NCBI GenBank assembly: GCA_965153355.1
Contig: OZ231126.1
Span: 25,482,001 to 25,546,000, forward strand
Length of the DNA stretch: 64,000 bases
Source of the DNA: Flaccisagitta enflata
Lineage: Eukaryota
Direction of reading: 5' to 3'
Shown here: piece after piece, positions 54,451 through 64,000 of the stretch
How the letters are laid out: each line of letters begins with the position of its first letter
Position numbering within the stretch: the first letter of the stretch is position 1
The notes under the pieces: generated by a model
The model's database searches: none
What the model saw: only the letters and a program-made list of their open reading frames with translations
Told to the model about the DNA's origin: nothing
Made by a program: the position numbers and the translations under genes

Positions 54451-54703
54451 TTTTTCAGTTGCAGACACGCAACTGTATAAGAGGCTTTGTCCATCCGTTG
54501 GTCCGTTATTCTGTCCGTAAGTCCGTCCGTTTGTCCGTTGGTCTATCCTTCCGTAGTGATTGAGTCGAAAAGTGGAAAAACGGGCACATTAGACACTTTT
54601 TGAGTTTGTTTATGTGTGTGGGAGTGGGAGTTGAGGTGTGGACGGGGATTGGATGCTCCTGCCCACCCGTATGCAACGATATTGTGACCCCGCGTCACTT
54701 GTT
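54451..54703 (+). mobile_element. HINE family B
   Basis: AGTTGCAGACACGCAACT palindromic start, GTCC core, GTGACCCCGCGTCAC hairpin, CTTGTT end. Confidence 0.78.
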
Positions 54704-54767
54704 TTCAATGGGCTGATTCCTAAAATAGGTGAGTTTCTTTTTTTCCATGTGCTAGTTCCTAAATCAT

Positions 54768-54892
<125 letters not shown>

Positions 54893-55614
54893 CTCTTGCA
54901 TCATCAGAGTTCTTGGGTCGTCTTTCCTCCAACACACACTCACACACAGAGGAGAGGAGAAAGGACGAAAAGAGGAGGAGGAGGCAAAGTCAAAGGAGGA
55001 AGATGAGGAAGGGGATCGGCGAAATTCAGTAGGAAGAGGAAGAGGAGAAGAGGAGAGAGAGGAAAAGCGTTGGATGAAGCGTTGGCAATTCATCATCCTC
55101 TTCAGAGATGGCGACTGCGTATAGGAACTAAGAGATTTATGAGGCAAGAGCAAAGGAAACTAGATCAAACGCATTCTGTAATTCGATTTTAAACGACCAG
55201 ATATCATCGATATTTCCCCATGTTTTACTACTATCCCACACAAAACTAGACGTGAATTGCCTTTCCCAAAACATTCAAACATTCACCTCTCTTCTCTCAG
55301 TAATCCCAATCCTCAACTTTATATGTTTTCTTGAGATTTATATCCATTTTGTCAGTGTGCGTAGGGGAAAATTATGGGGCTCCTCTTGAGCTCTCTTTTT
55401 CTTTCTCTTACTCTCGCTCTCTGTCTTTGACTTACTTCCGTTCTCTCCAGTTTGTCTGTCTATCATTTCTCTCTTTGTCGGTCCATCTATCCCTCGTCTG
55501 TGTATCTATCTGTCCATTCGTTTCTTTCCCTTTCAATCTTTGTGTGCCTGTCAGCCTGTCTATCCGCCTTTCTGTCTTGCTTGCTGTATGTCTGCTCTGT
55601 CTGTCCCTCTTTCT

Positions 55615-56365
<751 letters not shown>

Positions 56366-56419
56366 GGAGGAAGGAAAATAAGGTCATGTTTTAATGACTT
56401 TTCCATCAAGTCTCAAATG

Positions 56420-59340
56420 ACTTAAACGCGAAAGAGTCTTCCTGTGAAATCGTAGAAGTTTTACGAGACGGAGTGGGCGATGAGATTGATAACGCCCATT
56501 TATTTGACGACGGCATTGAGAAACCGCGCTGGTACTTGCCGCTTCATATTGTTGAACTGCGCGGAAAAACGCGCGCATGTCACGATGCGCGCGCGGCGAC
56601 CGACGGGATCTCACTCAATGATTTGCTCGTCGGAGGTCCAAACTTGATGAATAGCTTAATGGACATCCTCATGTTGCTAGTGGAAGACGCTCTTATGTGG
56701 CATAAAGGCGTTTCCACCAGATCCAAGGTCCATCCTGACGACGCTGACTGCCCAGATTCTTTTTGTCTAAAGACCGTACTCTACTTACGAGAAGCCATTT
56801 TGAATCTGTTCTTATCACATGTCTTCGGCAGCCAATCCAGCTCATTCATCACGTCTTTCACCGTCAGAAAGAAAGCATGCTGAAGTAATCCGGCCCAAAT
56901 ATCCACAACGTTCACGCCATCTTATTCGCTCGGCTTACGTCGACGACTGAAGTGGGGGTGGGGATTCGGTCCGACTTACACTGCAAAGAAGGTGATGCAG
57001 GGCGGCGATGGCTGAAGGCGGATGGATCTTGTGAAGTGGAAAAGTAATGCGCGGCAATTGATGGATGGAGATCCGACCGTGCCAATTCCCATCTCAGATA
57101 AGCAAGATGCTGCGCCGACGAAGGTGTTGGGCGGCCCATGGCTTCCAGCAGAAGACGTCTTCTCATATCTTCATCTGCTTACGAGGAATTCAAAATGAGA
57201 TAAAAACACTCGTCAATTGGTCTCCATGCAAGCTAAACTTTATGATCCATCAGATTTTGGAGCCCACAAGATATTAACGGCAGACCCATATCTCAACTCA
57301 CGTCTACAGGAAGTGGGATGATTCGCCTGAAGAGCCAGCGTCTAGAATCCTTCTTCCGTCACACTTCATCTGGTCTACAACAATACCGAACTGAACGCTG
57401 GTGGAATGGCGCGGCTGATAAAGTGACATTGCGGAAATAACAATTGAGATCTTTGCGATGCGGCTCCAAAAGGCGGATATGGAGCAGTTGCATATCGACG
57501 TCAAGTCAATCGAGATGGAGGTGTCTACATTTCGTTCATCGCCTCCAAATCCCACGTCATTCCACTTATCCCAAACGTGCCTCTCATCACAACAGCGTTC
57601 CACGCGTCGAGATTGTATCCGCAGAAAAAGCAGTGCAGCTCAAACGCTTCGTCGGAAGGACCATCGACCTGGACAATCTTGCCGTCAGATTTTGGTCTGA
57701 TTCTGAATCTGCACTGAAGATGATTTTACATCCGGCGAAACCGAGGCCTGTATTTTTCGCCAATCGTCCCTCCAAGATCCATAGCGGGTCTGATCCTCAC
57801 CAGTGGCGCTGGGCTGATTCGTCCAACAACCCGGCGGACCACTGCAGCAGAGGCATCCAGGCCCATGAAGCCAAAATGGCATTGATCCCATCACGGTCCT
57901 GCATTTTGCGTCTTCCCGAAGATCAATGGCCAAAGACGAACATCGCGACGTGCCCTATTTCTGCAGGCCGTCGCATTGTATGTGGCTGAAAGTGAAAAGA
58001 AACAAGTGGCTGACGCTATACTTCTTGCAGCAGCCTCTCGGGGAAAATGGATGCACAAGTCGTGGATCATCGGCATGGTTCTTATCGCAGCCAAAAGGTG
58101 GAGAGCGTATCCAAGGGCGAAGACACGAGCAGCAAGGGATCTCCTTCCTAAACTGAAGTGACGCAAGACGTTGCAGGAGGTGCGTAAAACAGCCGTCAAG
58201 TCAATGCAGCGGCATCATTATTCAGACGTCTTCGAACAATTGGAGTTGGGAAAAATCTTTAAACCAGAAAGCCGTCATGACTTCATGACTTCATCATAAA
58301 AAATAAAGAGATGCGGAAATTGAACCCTTTCGTCGACGACGACGGTATCATTCGCTGGCCGGCAGTCGCATTGGAAAACGCTGACACCTACATGACGCTA
58401 AATTTCCCTTCATCCTGCCGCCAAAGACGAGAATGTGAAATCATTGATTCGCCATTATCATCACAATGATTTTCACGCTGGTGCAAAGCATACATTGTGC
58501 CAATTACGCCACTCTGTGTGGATTACAAAAGGTCTTCAGGCTGTCAAGAGCTGCTGGCAACACGTGCTTCTGATGCCAGAAGAACTTTAAAAAGAACGCA
58601 AATCAGCAAATGGCCAATCTCCCATCAAATCGCGTTAATCCTGCACCTGTCTTTGCAGAGACTGGATTGGATGTCATGGGGCATTTCCTAGTTAAGATGA
58701 ACGGGCGTGCTGATCACAAGGTGTGGATCGCTGAGTGTTCACCTGCTTCTCATGGTCACGCGCTCGTCCATGGGAATTGCTCTTTCAACATGTCAGCCAC
58801 GTTGATGGTAATGCAATCATCCGCTTTGCAGCAAGCAGCGCCCAGGAATCCGCTGCTTCACACGGATTGCGGGACGAATCTAGGCTGCACACATCTCAAG
58901 AAGGAGATGGAAGCTTAAACCGCTCATTAACTCCCGAATTGCAGCGGCGCGTCTTCGGTGGGATTTCCTTAGTCCGAGAACACCCCACTATGGAGGGGTG
59001 TGTGAGAGAATCGTCGCTCTCTTTAAGCGCCATCTTGCTTCCATCTCCACTGGCGCCATCCTCCACGGCGACGCCTTCAACACTGCCGTTGTCGAAGTTG
59101 AAGGAATTCTCAATCGCCGCCCTCTAACAGCCCTCAGCGATGATCCAAATGACTCTGAGGCCCTTACACCCCGACCCAGACCAATCACCGACATCCGGTC
59201 ACGCCCTGGATCCAGCAACAAGGCGTCAACTCTGACGCCGACTCTGCGAAGGTTCAATGGAAAAGTAATCGCGTGTGGATGCATTTTGGAAATCGTGAGG
59301 GTCGTAATATTTGTCGCTTCTTCACGTTGTGGCTAAATTA
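56420..59340 (+). pseudogene. pol: BEL/Pao LTR retrotransposon pol fragment (RT, RNase H, integrase), multiply frameshifted
   Basis: WYLPLHIV...DGISLNDLLVGGPNL; YVDD at about 56936-56947; SVPRVEI, FWSDS, FFANR, NNPADHCSRG; MANLPSNRV..PVF..TGLD; TDCGTN; CERIV; VEGILNRRPLT..SDDPND.EALTP, in Pao domain order. Confidence 0.93.
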
Positions 59341-59384
59341 GATCCTCGAAAGACTTATGTGATGACATGGTTGATCATGTTTTG

Positions 59385-59699
59385 CAAGCTCTGAGCCCGG
59401 CAGGCTCTCTCTCATAGGGATGGATTCAAAGCGCTCAAGCTGATTGAGTGAAATATTTGAAAAATCATCAATTTTTTAGTCGTTTTTTCGATTTTTTTCA
59501 CAGATTGAATCATCTTTGTAGTGATCATTTAATCATTACATCATATAATTAGTAGCTCCTACTACAAATCTAGGCTGATATGATTGTAGAATTTGGCATG
59601 ACATTTTTACGGGGCTCATGGGTTTCCTCTCGGGCTCTGTCAAATTGCAGGGAGCGAGCTCGACTGGCTCAGTCAAAAAAGTCACTAAAATCAGGCCTG
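59385..59699 (-). mobile_element. Partial hAT element related to 27917-29012
   Basis: Reverse complement CAGGCCTGATTTTAGTGACTTTTTTGACTGAGCCAGTCGAGCTC matches the 27917 terminus. Confidence 0.75.
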
Positions 59700-59768
59700 G
59701 TCATCAACCCCTTTGGGGCCGCTGCCCAAAAGGAAGAAGAAGAGAAAAGAAGAAGAAAAGGAATTGGT

Positions 59769-60952
59769 AACAGGTCGCCCAAGGGCAATATGTGGTCAGC
59801 GATACCCGTTGCCCTGCTTTGCGTTATTGTGAAATGGAGTGAGAGGAAGCAGGGCAGCGGCCCCGAAGGGGACGAAGTCCTGTAGAACACAGGGGCACTC
59901 TCGTTTGCCATTTTGTCCATCCCTTTCTCCGTCTGTTCCCCCCAAGCTCTTCCTCAGGCTCGAAATTAGGCCGCCTCAGGCCTGAAATTTCTGCCTCTCA
60001 GCCTAGGCCTGCCTCAGGCCTTGGAATCTGTGAGGGCAGATTTCAGGCCTGAGAGATCAGTGATTTCAGTCCTGGAGAGAACAGATTTAGGCCTGAAAAT
60101 TATTTTAGCATTCCCCCACCTGGAGAGGGCAGATTTCAGGCCTGAGAGGCAAAATCTTGTACCGAGAGGACAGATTTCAGGCCTAAGAGAGCAGATTTAC
60201 AGGCCCGAGAGGGCAGATTCAAGGCCTGAGAGTGCAGGCAGATTTCAGGCCTGGAGAGGGTGAATTTCGGCCTGAGAGGGCAGACTTCAGGCCTGAGATG
60301 GCCTGGGGACGAACGGCAAACGGACGAACGGGACGGCAACGGAATGACGAACAAAAAGTCCCCCTGTGTTCTACAGGACTGCCTCCTCTCGCCGCTGCCC
60401 AAAACAAGTCATCCATGATCGCACATGGTCATCGGCACCTTATGCCCTGCTTGGAGTGATTAGTTAATAAGAAGTGGACTAGAGCAGGCAGCGGCCCCAA
60501 AGGGCCGATGTCCTGTGGCTGTAGGACACAGGGGGGAATTCAAGACATCCATCCATCCAGGCATATTTGAGAATTTGGCATTTTTTTTCAATTTTTTGTC
60601 AATTTGCCATCTTATTCAATGGGAACTTAAGGTCTGAGAGACTGGATATAAGGCCCAAGAGGCTGGATTTGAGGCCTGAGAGGCTGGATTTGAGGCCCCA
60701 GAGGCTGGATTTGAGGCCTGAGAGGCTGGATTTGAGGCCTGAGAGGCTGGATTTGAGGCCTGGGAGACAGGATTTGAGGCCTGAGAGGCCAAATTTGAGG
60801 CCTGAGAGGCTGGATTTGAGGCCTGAGAGGCTGGATTTGAGAGGCTTGAGAAGCTTCCGGGGGGGGACGGACGGACGGACGGACGTACGTACGTATGGAA
60901 ATTCACCCCTGTGTCCTACAGGACATCGGCCCTTTGGGGCCGCTGCAAAAAA
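59769..60952 (-). mobile_element. Two head-to-tail family C elements (subfamily 1 at 59769-60404; subfamily 2 at 60403-60952)
   Basis: Each has its own inverted arms, 21-bp core and termini; they share the junction AAAAC. Confidence 0.78.
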
Positions 60953-61742
60953 CGAGCGGGGGGGGGGGGCAAAGGGCGCCGGCACAATAATCCCTGTGCC
61001 CTACGTATGCGACGCAGTAATCATCTTGACTCAAACTGAATGCAGTTAGACAAGTTTTGATTTTTCGTGATTGATCTTTTGTTTTAAAAAAAGTTTGGTC
61101 GAGACATTCGTTGCGGATTTTGTGTAAACTGTTGCCAATTTTAATCTTTTGTTTTTCAATTTTCGAGCGCACACGATCATACAAGCCACTCTTCGACCTC
61201 AAACTTCCGGTTGGTCACTCGTTAGTCCACATATATGTCGGTTCGTTGATAGGGCTTTTCGTCCGATTGTCAGTCTGTACATCATGAAGCACGTCTTCGG
61301 TATAGACCGCCCTTGCAAACCTCAATTGACATTGATGTTGATTCGTCAATCGCGTGCATGCGACTTAGCATTGCTCGCCCAGTCGGCTTGTCACATTTAT
61401 CAGATTGGACTATTCTTTTTTATGTATTACCAGTCAGACCACCAATGTCCGGCTATGAAATGTTTTTGCTTGTTGCTTGTTGCTTGCTTTGAGTAATGTT
61501 TAAATCTTAATTTTACCGCATAAGATTAGATCAGCCGCTGTCATTTCGAGGTCTTTTGGTTTGAGATGAATTTACATCTGCTCTCTGTTGTAAGCTTGCA
61601 ACGATGTTTGATTTAATAAAACATTTTCAATCATTTTTACCTAAAACATTCATTGAAAAACAAAGTGTTCTATTCTTTAATCTGAGTTTATGAAAAGTTT
61701 AGGTTACATCTGGAACTCTGAAACCAATTAGAGCTAAAGGAT

Positions 61743-61912
61743 AACAAAGCTGGATGCACGGCTACCCCAGTTGCCTGCGGGTGGGCAGGGGCTGTATTTG
61801 AAGTCACCTCATCATATGGGCAGGAGCAGTGAGGCCAAAGACAGCAAAAAAAAAAGTAGTGTTGACCGATGGACGGATGAACCGACGGCCGGACTGACGC
61901 CGACCGACGGCT
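61743..61912 (-). mobile_element. HINE family A, lacking its 5' terminus
   Basis: AACAAAGCTGGATGCACGGCTACCCCAGTTGCCTGCGGGTGGGCAGGGGC...GAC core. Confidence 0.7.
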
Positions 61913-61980
61913 TGGACTCAATCACTCCATCCACAGAAATTGGACAAAGTAGTTTCGTCATCATCGTCACCCACAAACTG

Positions 61981-62035
<55 letters not shown>

Positions 62036-63219
62036 TTTGTTTGGCATTGAATGGGTTGAACTTTAAGGAATGTTAGTAACCCTAACCACTGATTGACGTT
62101 TCTTCCCATCCGTCACTTCCTCTCCTATCTACACTGTTTAATCATCCTTTGGCTTTGCATCCCCTCCTCCCTTAAGCATCGTCCCTCATCTTCCTCCCCC
62201 CTTTCCTCCTCCCTTTCTCCCTCTTCCTCCTTTTCCTTCATTTCATTTTCCCCCACGTCTGAGCTTCAGTCTGGGTCAACCGATCAATCATGTCATGTCT
62301 GGATGCTGATGCATAGGGATCGACTACATCTCTTCCATGCAAATAACATCAACATATTTAAATGGACATCAAACTACAAATGTTTGTAACTCGTGTTTAA
62401 ATGGTCTCAATTCTTCGAGGCTTGAAACTGATTTAAAATGATTCTAGATGCGCCCCTTTTATGATTTCGAAATAAAAAAAGAATTACGCGAAATGAAAAG
62501 AAAGACATTCATTGTAAATGAAGAAAGCATGTATACAGTGCAATAAAACATATACAAAAGTGACAAGGTGATGTAAATCTCCCCTCCCCTTACGCGAGTT
62601 ACAGCATTTGAAGCCACAATGACCGTTGAAATATGTGAGAGGTGTTAGAGATTTAACAGATGTTTAAAAAACGTCTCTGAAGAGCTTATGTGAAACTAGT
62701 CAGACAAATGCTTAAAAACTGTCGTCGATTTTATCTTTCTTTTCATTACACTTTGACGCATCATTGAAAATTCGTTTCTTATTTTTCAAATTTTGTGAAT
62801 CTTCAGTTTTTCCTTCCTGTCCTTGTAAGCTCAAAACATATTTTTCCTTTTTTCAATGGATAGATTTACAAATACATAAACCTTCTTCGTTCATTCTTGA
62901 ATATGTGAGACATTGTCCTGTCAAAATATTGTTTTGAAAAAGAAAATTTTCATCAGTCAAGGCAAAAGTACTATCCCTCTATGATTTTGAGTAGAGACAT
63001 CCATCCAGCGGATCCCTAACACGTCAGCAATTCGACTAAGTGAAGTGATCCATCATGTGTACCGTCTAGGTTTAGGCTGGTCAGAACGATTCGAGTTTAC
63101 CCTATCAACCTCATTGTTTACCCACTCTTTATTATACATTCTCTGTCCATCTCTCCATCTTTAGTTCTGCTTCTGAACGCCTCTCTTCACCCTCCACCCC
63201 TCCCTAATAGTAATAATTT

Positions 63220-63266
<47 letters not shown>

Positions 63267-63519
63267 TCAAAGGTGCTGGTAAAAGCCTTGACCATTACCT
63301 TCCCTCTTTTTCTTACCATCTTCATTATCATTATCACTGTCCCAAAACTCGCAATCAATATCATCATCATTATCAACGTTTTAGTCTCAATCATCATCAG
63401 CAGCAATGTTAAAGATAGTAGATTGTACGGCTCATTTTCAATATTCCTGTAATGATGTATCTAAATTGCACTGATGGGCATTTTATTCAATCCAATCCAA
63501 CTCAAGAACATTATCCCCA

Positions 63520-63585
63520 ACATCATCATTATCATCATTATCATCATTATCATCATTATCATTATCATTATCATTATCATTATTG
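63520..63585. repeat. (ATC/ATT)n microsatellite
   Basis: Direct reading. Confidence 0.85.
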
Positions 63586-64000
63586 TTAGAAATGTATGTC
63601 CGTCCGTTTCTTAGGTATGTGTGCTTTTGTCTCTTTTGCGTGCTTTTGGCTTTTTCTCTTTCTCTACTATTCAATGCCCGCGTCTTTTGTTTCTTGCCAT
63701 TTTTTATATTGAACGCTAGATGGGTAACCATATGGTTGCGCCTTGATTTTGTGCCATTTGTTTTTACTACATAGGCAAATATACGTAACTCGTCCTTCGT
63801 ATCATCCAATTTTTGGATTGATTGATTTTATTTATTTACGGCATTGCTTCCTAAAGTGATTGATTGATTTTTCGTGATCGATTGAATGCGCCCTTGGAAT
63901 TCACTAATTTCAATAATCTCTCATCTTTTTATTGCAGATAAACTGAACGGACAATTAACGTTAGTTTGACTTCGACAGACTGTGGGTTGAAACCAACGAA

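Noticed and set aside
60903..61500. Possible coding fragment (HKIRNECLDQTFFK...)
   Set aside because: No recognisable domain, an upstream in-frame stop, and the ORF runs into a repeat element.

Overview
Repeat-saturated eukaryotic DNA, most likely from an invertebrate animal. It is not prokaryotic: there are no operons, rRNA, tRNA or CRISPR arrays. Nearly all ORFs in the supplied track are microsatellite or repeat artefacts. The only confidently recognisable protein-coding sequence is a frameshifted BEL/Pao LTR-retrotransposon pol fragment (about 56.4-59.3 kb). The rest is a mosaic of long microsatellites and non-autonomous DNA transposons whose ends can be read directly. These include five hAT-type elements plus a nested hAT MITE (8-bp TSDs), a PIF/Harbinger MITE (TAA TSD), Tc1/pogo-type MITEs (TA TSD) and a Mutator-like foldback (9-bp TSD) nested in a Tc1-like element. 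There are also more than 20 Helentron-associated (HINE/DINE-1-like) elements of several families and a 3.2-kb element with CACTGTG...CACAGTG ends, a 5-bp TSD and asymmetric bipartite termini (Transib/RAG-transposon-like). A few unique islands look like exons, some separated by putative 37-42-nt introns. I found no convincing novel multi-gene system; the best leads are the Transib-like element, the structured HINE family with covarying arms, and satellite growth inside HINEs. Coordinates were counted by eye and may be off by a few bases.
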